The translations under genes and the position numbers were made by a program. A stretch of 64,000 bases of DNA from Candidatus Hydrogenedentota bacterium (lineage in GTDB: Bacteria; Hydrogenedentota; Hydrogenedentia; Hydrogenedentales; SLHB01): positions 55,753-119,752 of the forward strand of contig BTWA01000017.1 in NCBI GenBank assembly GCA_045863295.1, in the 5' to 3' direction. The stretch's first letter is position 1. Each line of letters starts with the position of its first letter. Below are positions 54,340-64,000 of this stretch, piece by piece. Below the pieces are notes generated by a model, which saw only the letters and a program-made list of their open reading frames with translations, made no database searches and was not told where the DNA came from.

Positions 54340-56160
54340 GTGCAGCTTCAAGCCATTGATTGGGCGATTGTCGCCGCCACCCTGCTTGTTTCCTTTATTC
54401 CGGCGCTCTTTTTTGGAAAGCGCGCGGGCAAGAATACCTCCGAGTTCTTTGTCTCCGGCCGATCCGTGCCGTGGTGGCTTGCGGGCATCTCCATGGTCGC
54501 CACCACATTCAGCAGTGATACCCCCAATCTCGTTACAGATATTGTGCGGCGGCAGGGGGTGGCCGGTAATTGGGCATGGTGGGCCTTCGTGCTAACCGGC
54601 GTATCGACCGTGTTCTTTTATGCGCGCATGTGGCGTCGTTCCGGCGTAATGACCGATCTTGAGTTCTATGAACTACGATACTCCGGCAAGGCCGCCAGCG
54701 TCGTTCGCGGATTTCGCGCCGTCTATCTCGGGCTGCTTTTCAATTGCATGATCATCGCGTCCGTCAATCTGGCCGCATGCAAAATTGCCGCCATACTGTT
54801 CGGATTCTCGCGGTTGGAGACGCTCGTATTTGTCGGCCTGTTAAACGTCGTATTCGCCGCCCATTCCGGGTTGTGGGGCGTGCTTATCATCGATCTGATT
54901 CAGTTTTCCATCATGATGACCGCCGCGTTCGCCGCTGCTTATTATGCCGTCAGCCAGCCCGAAGTCGGCGGCATCAGCGGGCTTGTTGAAAAGGTGTCCG
55001 CACTGCAGGGTCCGGACGGCATCAATTACCTGAGCATGGTGCCCGATTTCACGAGCAATCGGGACATACTGATCGCCGTGTTTATCATGCCTATTGCCAT
55101 CCAATGGTGGGCGGTGTGGTATCCCGGTGCCGAACCCGGCGGCGGCAGCTTCATCGCGCAACGCATGCTTGCGTCGAAAACCGAAAAAGACTCGCTCGCG
55201 GCCGTGTTGTTCTTCAACGTTGCCCACTATGTGCTGCGGCCCTGGCCATGGATTTTGGTCGCCCTGGCTTCACTTATCATCTTCCCCACGCTCGACGACA
55301 TTCAGGCGGCTTTCCCCAATCTCGACCCCAAGCTACTGGGTCATGACATTGCCTATCCGGCCATGCTGAAGTTTCTGCCCGCGGGCTTTGTCGGTCTCAT
55401 GGTGGGCGGCCTGATTGCCGCGAACTCTTCGACGATTCTGACGCTGCTCAATTGGGGTTCGTCTTATCTGGTCCATGATTTCTATCAGCGATTTCTTGTC
55501 GTGGGCCAAACGGAAAGGCATTACGTCTGGGCCGGACGCGCTTGCACCGTGCTCCTCTTCTTTATGTCGTCCGCTGCCGTGTACGCGCTGGAAACCTCCA
55601 AGGACACGTTTGATCTGATTCTCCAAGTAGGTGCTGGCACCGGCGCACTGTATCTCGTCCGCTGGTTCTGGTGGCGTATCAACGCATGGTGCGAAGTCGT
55701 GGCCATGATCAGCTCATTCGGCGTATCGGTGGCCCTACTCCTTCTCAAACGCGCGGACATCGTATTCTCCACGCACATCAGTCTGATTATCACCATCGCG
55801 GCCACATCCGTTTGTTGGTTACTTGCCGTCTATCTCGCGCCGCCCACAGACCGCGCTACGTTGATCGCCTTTTACAAGAAAGTGCGCCCCTTTGGTCCGG
55901 GCTGGGCCGCCATCCGAAAGGAAGCCGGCATCACCGACGAAGAAGCCGCCGCGACTCACGAGAACTTTCCGCTCGCGCTCCTGGGTATGACAGCCGGCTG
56001 CGCCATGATCTGGTCCTCGTTGTTTACGGTTGGGAATTACCTCTACGGGCGAACAGGCACCGCCATCGCGCTGGCCGTCGTCTTCGTCGTAAGCGCGGCC
56101 ATTGTCGTCAAAGTGTTGAATACGTTGTGGTCTGGCAAGCCGCTGGAAGAAACGAAGTAG
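54340..56160 (+). CDS. Sodium:solute symporter family transporter
   Basis: EFFVSGRSVPWWLAGISMVATTFSSDTP, PGGGSFIAQRML; 13-15 TM helices. Confidence 0.92.
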   Translation: MQLQAIDWAIVAATLLVSFIPALFFGKRAGKNTSEFFVSGRSVPWWLAGISMVATTFSSDTPNLVTDIVRRQGVAGNWAWWAFVLTGVSTVFFYARMWRRSGVMTDLEFYELRYSGKAASVVRGFRAVYLGLLFNCMIIASVNLAACKIAAILFGFSRLETLVFVGLLNVVFAAHSGLWGVLIIDLIQFSIMMTAAFAAAYYAVSQPEVGGISGLVEKVSALQGPDGINYLSMVPDFTSNRDILIAVFIMPIAIQWWAVWYPGAEPGGGSFIAQRMLASKTEKDSLAAVLFFNVAHYVLRPWPWILVALASLIIFPTLDDIQAAFPNLDPKLLGHDIAYPAMLKFLPAGFVGLMVGGLIAANSSTILTLLNWGSSYLVHDFYQRFLVVGQTERHYVWAGRACTVLLFFMSSAAVYALETSKDTFDLILQVGAGTGALYLVRWFWWRINAWCEVVAMISSFGVSVALLLLKRADIVFSTHISLIITIAATSVCWLLAVYLAPPTDRATLIAFYKKVRPFGPGWAAIRKEAGITDEEAAATHENFPLALLGMTAGCAMIWSSLFTVGNYLYGRTGTAIALAVVFVVSAAIVVKVLNTLWSGKPLEETK

Positions 56161-56181
56161 AAGCGGCATCCTGCCGCTTCC
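56154..56181 (+). repeat. REP-like palindrome copy 1
   Basis: GAAGTAGAAGCGGCATCCTGCCGCTTCC (GTAG tetranucleotide plus hairpin). Confidence 0.75.
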
Positions 56182-56297
56182 AATTCACTTTTGTCTGGAG
56201 CATATAACCCTACGAAAAACACAACGCCTTCGCCGGGAAAAACGTTCATGACAGATCTACGCCATACTGCCCCAACATGGCGGCGAGGACGTTTCGT

Positions 56298-57401
56298 CTA
56301 CTTTCCGTATCCCTGCCAGAGATACTCCAGCGCCGCTGGTAGCAACTGCTCTTTCACGCTGCGCTCGCAATGCTTGGCGTTGCGGGCGAAGACGAACTGG
56401 TAGCTATACCCCTTGTCGGCCAGCGCCCGGGCCATGTTCTGATTGGCCAAAACCCAGTCGTGCATGTCATCGCGCATGATGTTCGGATTCAGAAAATCGC
56501 GGTCGGCCACGTGCATCCAGATGCGCAATGGTTTCTTCGGACTATTCGGAATCAACGTTCGATGGAGGTCCCATGCGCCTCCCGGCGTTTCTTCGTTATA
56601 GGGCCACTGCTGATTCACGAACGTGCCGCTAAAGGACAACACCCGGCGATACCACTCCGGGTGATACCAGGCCATGATCATGGCGCATGCGCCGCCAGAA
56701 CTGCAGCCCATGGTCGCGCGGCCCTCCGGGTCTTTCGTCAACTTCACGTGGCACGTCGCCTCGACCAACGGCAATACCTCGGTCTCCACGAATTCGGCAT
56801 AGAGCCCCGACATCGTGTCGTATTCCAACCCGCGCTGACTGCCTTGTGCATCGCCGCCTCCGCTGCCTATGGAAATGGCAACCATGACCGGCACTCGCTC
56901 TTGCGCGATGAGTGAATCCAGCGCGGTGAACAACAACGGATCCGGCCCGTCCGTCCCCACAATGAACGGCGCTTCCGTGCCAGGCACATATTGCTGCGGC
57001 ACATACACCGCCACTTTGCGTGTGTACGGTGCGGGATGGCTCGTGGTGACAACTAGCTTCGCGGGATTCACCGGATCAACCGTGCCAAATGTATCGGGTT
57101 CCCGCATGATGCCCGGATAGATCGTACTGGCGGTAGACTCCATAGTGAATTCATGAATCGTGCCTCGGGGCACGCCGTCGGCCACGGACATTTCCGGAGC
57201 GGGCATGTGCGTAGGCCCGACGATGAAATTCCCGTCGACATTAATTGGTGGCACGGCGCCATCAGGCAGTTCCGTCGCTTTTACAAAGCCGGGCGAATGC
57301 GGATCGCGCACCGGCGGTTCCGGCCGTTCCGCGGCGACCGTCCATAAGCCGAACGCCATGAGGACAAACGCGCAAACGAAAATCGACAGTTTCTTGCTCA
57401 C
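56298..57401 (-). CDS. Exported putative esterase (alpha/beta hydrolase, Fes-like)
   Basis: VYVPQQY, QRGLEYD, GCSSGG nucleophile motif; GTG 57401 behind AAGGA; signal peptide. Confidence 0.85.
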   Translation of the reverse strand: MSKKLSIFVCAFVLMAFGLWTVAAERPEPPVRDPHSPGFVKATELPDGAVPPINVDGNFIVGPTHMPAPEMSVADGVPRGTIHEFTMESTASTIYPGIMREPDTFGTVDPVNPAKLVVTTSHPAPYTRKVAVYVPQQYVPGTEAPFIVGTDGPDPLLFTALDSLIAQERVPVMVAISIGSGGGDAQGSQRGLEYDTMSGLYAEFVETEVLPLVEATCHVKLTKDPEGRATMGCSSGGACAMIMAWYHPEWYRRVLSFSGTFVNQQWPYNEETPGGAWDLHRTLIPNSPKKPLRIWMHVADRDFLNPNIMRDDMHDWVLANQNMARALADKGYSYQFVFARNAKHCERSVKEQLLPAALEYLWQGYGK

Positions 57402-57445
57402 AAGGTATTCCTTCCCGTTTCGCAGAATGTAACACACGGCCACCG

Positions 57446-57608
57446 GAAGTAGAAGCGACATCCTGTCGCTTCCGCGGGCCTACGCGCTGTCTTATCACAT
57501 CCAAGTATTCCAATTGACTCGACATGTTTTGGAAGCCTCTTGTACTCTTTAGACGTCACTCCGCCCACCCGCAGGTGCTCGGAAGCGACAAGATGTTGCT
57601 TCTACTTC
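57446..57608. repeat. Inverted REP doublet (REPIN-like)
   Basis: GAAGTAGAAGCGACATCCTGTCGCTTCC at 57446-57473 (+) and GAAGTAGAAGCAACATCTTGTCGCTTCC at 57608-57581 (-). Confidence 0.78.
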
Positions 57609-57668
57609 TGGCACTTGCCCTGCCTTCACGGTTACACTGACCACATCCAATCTCCGGGAGATCGCGCC

Positions 57669-59138
57669 ATGGCGATAGACACACGCAGAGCATTCCTGAA
57701 ATCATCCGCGACCGGCTTGGCGGCGTCCGCCGTTGCGGCCGCGTCAGCTGCAAACACCGCCGACGCACCCCAGGCCGCGCGCGCCATGCCCAACATCCTC
57801 TGGCTCTTCGGCGATCAGCATCGGGCCCAGGCGCTAAGTTGCATGGGCGATCCCAATCTCAGTACGCCGAACATCGATGCCCTTGCTGGACGCGGCGCGA
57901 CGGCGATCGCTGGAAGCCCGCTCTGCACACCGTTTCGGGGATCGCTATTGACCAGCCGCTATCCCCACGAATGCACACCCGGCCACGACTACGCCGTGCC
58001 CGAGGGACTGCCCATGGTTTCCCATGCGTTCAATGAGGCGGGTTACCGCACTGCCTACTTCGGCAAGTGGCACGTGGACGGCAGGGAAAATCGCGCCAAG
58101 GACGAGCGAAGCGGCCTCCAGTTTGTGCGCCCCGATCGGCGTGGCGGCTTCGAAACGTGGCTGGGCTATGAAAACAACAATCTTCAATACGACTGTTGGC
58201 TTCACGGACACGATGCGAGGGGTAATTCCATCAGTTCATTCAAATTGCCGAAATACGAAACCGACGCAATCACCGACATCGTTATTGACTACATCAAGAA
58301 TCGCGCCGCGGACGCGGCAGACGGTAACCCGAGGCCATTCTTTGCCGCGATGTCCGTGCAGCCGCCGCATTCACCCTACGTGGCGCCCGAAGAATATACC
58401 GCGCGGCACAAGGCGGAAGAAGTGCAATTGCGCCCGAACGTGCCCCAAGTGAATCGCTTTCAGGACGAAGCGCGCCGGGATCTCGCCGGATACTACGCGA
58501 TGATCGAGAATCTGGACTGGAACGTTGGCCGCATCGTTCAAGCCCTACGCGACACAAACCAACTCGACAACACCTACATCGTATTCTTTTCCGATCACGG
58601 CGACATGCACGGTTCGCACGCTCGCATTCTCAAATGCGTGCCTTGGGAAGAGTCCATTCGCGTGCCATTCATTGTGTCCTACGGTGGCCAACCTCTCCTT
58701 CCCAAGGGCAGCGAAGCGCCGTTGCACACCATGATCAATCATGTCGACATTGCGCCCACCTCTCTGGGTCTGTGCGGCATCCAGAAGCCATCGTGGATGC
58801 GTGGTCACGACTTTTCCGCCGTGCTGCGCGGTCAGGCGCCGCCCGCATCGTTGCCCGATTCCGCCTATCTGCAACTGGTAGATCCTGGACATCGCTACGG
58901 CTACGCATCCGATAGGGAACGCCCTTGGCGCGGCGTCGTCACCGAAGACGGATGGAAATACGCGGTGCTCGAAGGGCAGCCGTGGTTGCTGTATAATTTG
59001 AACGACGATCCATTCGAACTCGCCAACCTTGCCCTCGATGGACGATTCAAGGACGATCGCCGCCGCCTGCACGAGAAACTTGCCGCGTGGATATCGGCAA
59101 CGGGGGACGAATTCGATTTGCCGCAATTAGTGCGGTGA
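57669..59138 (+). CDS. Sulfatase with Tat signal
   Basis: TRRAFLK; PNILWLFGDQHR; CTPFRGSLLT (CxPxR); GKWH; FSDHG. Confidence 0.93.
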   Translation: MAIDTRRAFLKSSATGLAASAVAAASAANTADAPQAARAMPNILWLFGDQHRAQALSCMGDPNLSTPNIDALAGRGATAIAGSPLCTPFRGSLLTSRYPHECTPGHDYAVPEGLPMVSHAFNEAGYRTAYFGKWHVDGRENRAKDERSGLQFVRPDRRGGFETWLGYENNNLQYDCWLHGHDARGNSISSFKLPKYETDAITDIVIDYIKNRAADAADGNPRPFFAAMSVQPPHSPYVAPEEYTARHKAEEVQLRPNVPQVNRFQDEARRDLAGYYAMIENLDWNVGRIVQALRDTNQLDNTYIVFFSDHGDMHGSHARILKCVPWEESIRVPFIVSYGGQPLLPKGSEAPLHTMINHVDIAPTSLGLCGIQKPSWMRGHDFSAVLRGQAPPASLPDSAYLQLVDPGHRYGYASDRERPWRGVVTEDGWKYAVLEGQPWLLYNLNDDPFELANLALDGRFKDDRRRLHEKLAAWISATGDEFDLPQLVR

Positions 59139-59164
59139 CGTTTAACGCTCCGGGGGGAAGTGTC

Positions 59165-60811
59165 ATGAGGATGTCTTGGCGCATCGGCGTGGGCCTGTGT
59201 CTTCTGGCTGTGTCAAGGGTTGGGATTGCGCAGTCTACTGGCGAGTCTATCCCGTATCACCGTACTCCTTGGACGCCCGATGGCGCTCCCTTGCTGGGCA
59301 CCTATACAGGCATGAAATATTCCGAGGTCGAGTTCAAACGCATTCGCGAAGTTGGCATGAACGTGACTGTTGGCCCGGACAAGGCGGTAGAGCCCGGCAC
59401 GCCCGAAGCGGCAGCCAGCCACGAGAGTGGCATCAAAGTTCTTTATCATCTCACCAAGTACCTGTATCACGGTGTGAAATTGCGCGAACCAATCTCACCG
59501 GATCAAAACATGCTACCGCTGAACTTTGGGCGCAAAGTGCCCGAATTCAACTCCAACATTGTCCAGATAGATGATGAGCTGATTCGCTATACAAAAATGG
59601 ACGGGAGCGCCCTCGTGGAATGCGAACGGGGTTATGGCGGCACAACGCCGGCCGACCATCGCGAAGGCACTATTTTGTTTTGGCCGGAACTCTGCGCCGC
59701 GGATGTAGCGCGCGTGAAGGACTCGCCGAATCTCTTCGGCTATTACGTGTTGGATGACAGCCCGGGCGACGCGGTTTCCGCGTTGCGCGCGTTGTACAAG
59801 ACTATTCGAAGCGTGGATCCGGACCTGTCGCGGCCTGTGTGCGCCGGGTATGGCGATGCGGGATCGCTCGTCAATTTCGCGCCGGGCGTATGCGACATCA
59901 TGTTCATTTACTGGTATCCCGTGAGCACGCAAGCATACCACCGCGAGAGCACGAGCGCTGAAGTGCAGCGAATGATCACGGCAGCGCGCCAGCGCGTGCC
60001 CGGAGTGCCGTTCGCCGGAGTATATCAGGCATTCGACGGACGTCCGGCCAACACCGGGCAAGGGGTGCCCTCAGGCGAACAATTGCGCGAACAGCTGGAA
60101 GACTTCGTGCGAGAGGGGGCCTGCGGATTTGTAGCCTACACCAGTTGGGCCAGCAGCCTTCCGGGATGGATGGAATTACCCGACCTCGAAAATGAGATCA
60201 TGCGCGCCAATACCGAGATGCGGTCGAACGGCGGACTCATCGTGCGTGCGGAAACCCCTGAAATGGCCGCAGACCGCATCCAACCGCAGGGGGTGTGGGC
60301 GAAGCCCCAACCCGTACCCGGCGTTGTTCCGGCTTGGCAAGTGCTTGGCCCGTTCCAAGCCGATCCTCGCCACCTCTTGGACACGCCGTGTCCGCCGGAT
60401 TCGGAGATCAACTTCGAGGCAACCTACCCACTGAAAACGGGCATGGGGAAGTGGCGCACCCGCGAGACCACGTGTGGCGTGTTGGGCCTGGGAAATCTTT
60501 ACGGCGACCGCAAGACGGTTGAGGGCGCCATCGACTACGCCTACTGCGAAGTGATCAGCACTGTGGATCAAACCGTCGTGATGCATGTCAGTTCCGACGA
60601 TGATGCCTGGATACGTTTCAACGGCGAAGAAGTCTATCGCCATGAGGGTAATCGCGGGCTCAGTTACGTAATGGACACAGTCGAGATTCGTGTCCCGGCC
60701 GGCGCATCGCCCCTGCTTGCCAAGGTACATAATCGGAAGGGCATGTGGGGGTTGTCCGTCGAATTCCGCGATACCCGCGGGAATCGAATTGAACATCTAA
60801 CCTTCAAATAG
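59165..60811 (+). CDS. Exported putative glycoside-hydrolase-like protein with C-terminal PA14-like domain
   Basis: Signal peptide; PNLFGYYVLDDSP...DP..RPV...DI....YP barrel-like pattern; WQVLGPF...SSDDDAWIRFNG. Confidence 0.6.
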   Translation: MRMSWRIGVGLCLLAVSRVGIAQSTGESIPYHRTPWTPDGAPLLGTYTGMKYSEVEFKRIREVGMNVTVGPDKAVEPGTPEAAASHESGIKVLYHLTKYLYHGVKLREPISPDQNMLPLNFGRKVPEFNSNIVQIDDELIRYTKMDGSALVECERGYGGTTPADHREGTILFWPELCAADVARVKDSPNLFGYYVLDDSPGDAVSALRALYKTIRSVDPDLSRPVCAGYGDAGSLVNFAPGVCDIMFIYWYPVSTQAYHRESTSAEVQRMITAARQRVPGVPFAGVYQAFDGRPANTGQGVPSGEQLREQLEDFVREGACGFVAYTSWASSLPGWMELPDLENEIMRANTEMRSNGGLIVRAETPEMAADRIQPQGVWAKPQPVPGVVPAWQVLGPFQADPRHLLDTPCPPDSEINFEATYPLKTGMGKWRTRETTCGVLGLGNLYGDRKTVEGAIDYAYCEVISTVDQTVVMHVSSDDDAWIRFNGEEVYRHEGNRGLSYVMDTVEIRVPAGASPLLAKVHNRKGMWGLSVEFRDTRGNRIEHLTFK

Positions 60812-60899
60812 AAACCGGTACGCCTTGGGCGGGCTTCTGGTCTTCGGCCAAGCCAATTCGATATGCTCCCTCGCTGACTTGTAGAGGGAGACCGCACTC

Positions 60900-61517
60900 A
60901 TGTACGCCCTGCCCATGTTCAAAGGAATTGCCGTGGGCCTCGCCATTGCCGCGCCCGTTGGTCCCATAGGCGTGTTGTGCATCCGCAAGACGCTTGCGGA
61001 GGGCCGCGCCGCTGGGTTTGCGTGTGGGTTGGGAGCCGCCACCGCGGACGGCATTTACGGGGCCATTGCCGCGTTCGGCATGGCCGCCGCCACGGCTTTT
61101 CTCACCTCGCAGACGTTCTGGCTCAGCGTACTCGGAGGCCTCTTCATCTGCTGGTTGGGCTACTCCACGTTTCGTTCCAAACCCGCGGAGAAGCCGGCCG
61201 AAGCCAGCGGACATGGTTATGCCAAGGCCTATGCCACCACGTTTCTGCTTACATTGACCAATCCAATGACCATCTTGTCGTTCGCGGCCATTATCGCCGC
61301 GCAAGGTTTTGCCGGACAGTCCGGCGGCGCAGTTGCGGGCGCCGTGTTCGTATTCGGCGTATTCTTGGGGTCTGCTTTGTGGTGGCTGATGCTCAGCCTG
61401 GGGGTCGGCCACTTCCGGTCCCACGTTTCGCCCGCTCGCATGCGGTGGATTAACTGGATCAGCGGCACCATCCTCGTCGCGTTTGGCGTGTGGTCCATTG
61501 TCCGTGCCTTCGCATAG
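60900..61517 (+). CDS. LysE family translocator
   Basis: IAAPVGPIGVLCIRKTL..G..AG...GLGAATAD, LTLTNPMTI. Confidence 0.92.
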   Translation: MYALPMFKGIAVGLAIAAPVGPIGVLCIRKTLAEGRAAGFACGLGAATADGIYGAIAAFGMAAATAFLTSQTFWLSVLGGLFICWLGYSTFRSKPAEKPAEASGHGYAKAYATTFLLTLTNPMTILSFAAIIAAQGFAGQSGGAVAGAVFVFGVFLGSALWWLMLSLGVGHFRSHVSPARMRWINWISGTILVAFGVWSIVRAFA

Positions 61518-61609
61518 CAGGTTCACATATTGAATCGATGAGCGGCCCGTTCATTTAGTATGATGGCGTTGTTGCGCAACCATGCCCCATTCCATCCAGG
61601 AGTTGCTTC

Positions 61610-63643
61610 ATGTTCGCATTTGCAGTTGCCTTCGTTGCCTTCAGTCAGTTGGCCCCACACGACACGCCCCTCTTCGAGGACGGCTTCCAATCTCAATTGC
61701 CCCAGGAACTGCTCGGCGTGGTCGGTGCGCATGTGGAATACCACTATTTTCCAGAGGTGGCGCCCAAAGGCGCATGGTCCGTTTCCGCTTTTCTCTCCGA
61801 TGATCTCGCCCAGCGCGCCTGGCGTTTCATCCGCGAGGACGGACGCATCGTGCTTGCGCAAACCTATTCCAATACAAAGAGCAAGGAGTCGCACCCGATC
61901 GTCGTCGCGGGCGACGAAATGTGGAGTGATTACACCGTATCCGTTGCTTTTAAACCGGGCGAGAGCGAGGGCCGCTCGGGCGTCGTATTTCGTTATCGAA
62001 ACGATCGCCAGAACTACTTTTTCGGAGTTGAAGGTCAGAAGGCAGTCCTCATCAAAGTCGACCACGGCACCGCGTTTCGTGTGCCAAAGGAAGAGATCAT
62101 CGCCGAAACCCCCTGCGCGTGGATGCCAGGCGAAGTCCTCCAGGCCGATGTGCAAGTTATCGGCAGCGCCATCACCGCGCGCATTCACGACAAAGCCGAA
62201 CTGACAGCCATCGACACCCAATACGCACAAGGCAAGATTGCCCTGCTCTCCGATTTTCCCGCGCTCTTCTACAGCGTCAAAGTCACCACGAGCGCGGAGG
62301 CCAAGACCGCGACGGACGCGCGCATACAAGCCCGTGCCGCCGAAGAAGCCGCCTTGCAGGCCGCCAACCCCAAGCCGGTACTCTGGAAGAAGGTCAGGAC
62401 CACCGGATTTGGCGCGGCGCGCAATCTGCGTTTCGGCGACCTCAACGGCGATGGGCAAACCGATGTGCTCATCGGCCAGGTCCGCCACCACGGACCCAAG
62501 GATCGCAACAGCGAGTTGAGCTGTCTCACAGCCATCACCCTCGAAGGCAAGCGCCTCTGGCAAATCGGGGAGCCTGACTCTTGGAAAACCGATCTCACCA
62601 ACGATGTAGCGTTTCAGATTCATGATCTCGATGGCGACGGACGCAACGAAGTGGTCTATTGCATGAACATGGAGTTGCTTGTCATCGACGGTGAAACCGG
62701 AAAGATTAAACAACAAACGCCGACACCCGAATTGCCGCCCAATACGAACCCACCCTACAACAAATTTCCCCGGCTGCTTGGCGACGCCATCCTCTTTTGC
62801 GATCTGCGCGGCACCGGCCGCGATGCCGACTTTATCTTGAAGGACCGCTACCAGAATGCATGGGCTTTCAATGACAAACTGGAAATACTCTGGCAAATCC
62901 AATGCAACACCGGACACTATCCGTTCGCATACGATGTAGACAATGACGGCAGAGACGAGATCGCCATTGGCTACAACTTGATTGACGATAACGGAAAAAC
63001 GCTGTGGTCTCTGGACAGCCAATTAAAGGACCATGCCGACGGTGTTGCGCTGGTCCGGTTCGACGCCACGCCCGACGGCGACATAAAGTACTTTTGCGCC
63101 GCCAGTGATGAAGGCGCATTCTTTACGGATGCCGCCGGCAACATGATCAAGCACCATTATCTCGGCCATGTACAGAATCCAACCGTCGCCGATTTCCGCG
63201 CAGATCTTCCCGGGCTTGAGGTGCTGTCCGTGAACTTCTGGGGTAATCAGGGCATCTTCCATCTCTTCAATGGCAACGCCGAGATTATTCACGACTTCGA
63301 GCCCTTTCAACACGGAAGCATGTGCCTGCCCATCAACTGGAACGGCGGCCAGGAAGAATTGGTGGTGCTTTCCGTGAACTCCGAAGAAGGCACCATGTAT
63401 AACGGTAGAGGACAAATCGCAGTCCAACTTCCCGCGGATGGACACCCCGACATGGCCTACGCCGTGCTCGACATTACGGGCGACTGCCGCGATGAACTCG
63501 TCACGTGGGACCCCTACGAAATCTGGATCTACACGCAAGACGACAGCCCCAAACAAGGCCGTCTGTACAAACCCATCCGCAATCCGCTCTACAACTACTC
63601 CAACTACCAGACAACGGTCTCGCTTCCCGGCTGGTCGGAATGA
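61610..63643 (+). CDS. Exported protein: concanavalin/DUF1080-like domain plus FG-GAP / rhamnogalacturonan-lyase-like propeller
   Basis: WSDYTV...SGVVFRY; repeated GDLNGDG, DLDGDGRNEVV, DVDNDGRDEI, DITGDCRDEL; NTGHYP. Confidence 0.7.
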   Translation: MFAFAVAFVAFSQLAPHDTPLFEDGFQSQLPQELLGVVGAHVEYHYFPEVAPKGAWSVSAFLSDDLAQRAWRFIREDGRIVLAQTYSNTKSKESHPIVVAGDEMWSDYTVSVAFKPGESEGRSGVVFRYRNDRQNYFFGVEGQKAVLIKVDHGTAFRVPKEEIIAETPCAWMPGEVLQADVQVIGSAITARIHDKAELTAIDTQYAQGKIALLSDFPALFYSVKVTTSAEAKTATDARIQARAAEEAALQAANPKPVLWKKVRTTGFGAARNLRFGDLNGDGQTDVLIGQVRHHGPKDRNSELSCLTAITLEGKRLWQIGEPDSWKTDLTNDVAFQIHDLDGDGRNEVVYCMNMELLVIDGETGKIKQQTPTPELPPNTNPPYNKFPRLLGDAILFCDLRGTGRDADFILKDRYQNAWAFNDKLEILWQIQCNTGHYPFAYDVDNDGRDEIAIGYNLIDDNGKTLWSLDSQLKDHADGVALVRFDATPDGDIKYFCAASDEGAFFTDAAGNMIKHHYLGHVQNPTVADFRADLPGLEVLSVNFWGNQGIFHLFNGNAEIIHDFEPFQHGSMCLPINWNGGQEELVVLSVNSEEGTMYNGRGQIAVQLPADGHPDMAYAVLDITGDCRDELVTWDPYEIWIYTQDDSPKQGRLYKPIRNPLYNYSNYQTTVSLPGWSE

Positions 63644-64000
63644 CCTACGTAATGCCCCGGGGAGGACATTGTGCAAGGAGCCACGGGAGGATTCCACGGA
63701 GGAATCAGAGGCGGCCTGCAGCCAGATTCAAGACGCAAAAGACCAACGTTGCCGCCGCCGCAAGTTAGGATCGCATGTATCTCCCTCCAAGCGGGTCATT
63801 GCACCGAAAGCTGCTTATCGACCACGGGGGTGAAGTATTTCCGAACAGATGTACTTGGGAACGATGTCGTTAATGTCCCCTATAGTCTGTGCTTTCTGTT
63901 GCATCTTCTTAGCGGATTGAAACAAGGGTATATGATGGATTTGCACGGTTTGCGCATTTGCGGGATGAGGCGGAATTGATTGGGGCGGCGGGGACTGAAC

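Noticed and set aside
57609..57623. TGGCAC-N5-CTGC sigma54-like motif upstream of the sulfatase
   Set aside because: Spacing is correct but the -12 is imperfect, it abuts a REP copy, and no enhancer-binding protein is nearby
61523..63022. Long antisense ORFs (499 aa here; also 361-1263, 13156-14055, 60804-61526)
   Set aside because: Shadow frames of well-supported genes on the opposite strand, expected in GC-rich DNA
1..64000. CRISPR arrays, tRNA/rRNA genes, integrases, transposases, prophage or known defence genes
   Set aside because: No regularly spaced repeats, RNA-gene signatures or matching protein motifs were seen

Overview
A gene-dense, GC-rich bacterial window with about 38 protein-coding genes and no rRNA, tRNA, CRISPR array or transposase that I can recognise. 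Gene content (DUF1592/DUF1552 pair, Tat sulfatase, secreted beta-propeller and lyase proteins, giant TPR protein) suggests a PVC-like or Hydrogenedentota-like heterotroph; this is inference only. Left part: a 17-kb minus-strand MoxR operon (membrane coiled-coil protein with a Zn-finger, MoxR, DUF58, two VWA membrane proteins, a ~2950-aa exported TPR protein). It is divergent from a PadR regulator followed by three paralogous membrane proteins that share an N-terminal HAAS/DUF1700-like module. Middle: a probably leaderless DUF2089 + SHOCT-PspC pair, twin FHA-GAF-histidine kinases that each end in the same unassigned 8-Cys/1-His domain, an AqpZ lacking the canonical filter histidine, and an ECF sigma/anti-sigma pair. 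Right part: carbohydrate, sulfate and transport genes, a bacterial CarS-like gene, a GTAG-type REP/REPIN family and a GGA-rich Csr/Rsm-like element. The strongest candidates for undescribed systems are the twin Cys-tailed FHA kinases and the PadR with its triple HAAS sensor array. All family assignments come from motifs read by eye, not from database searches.
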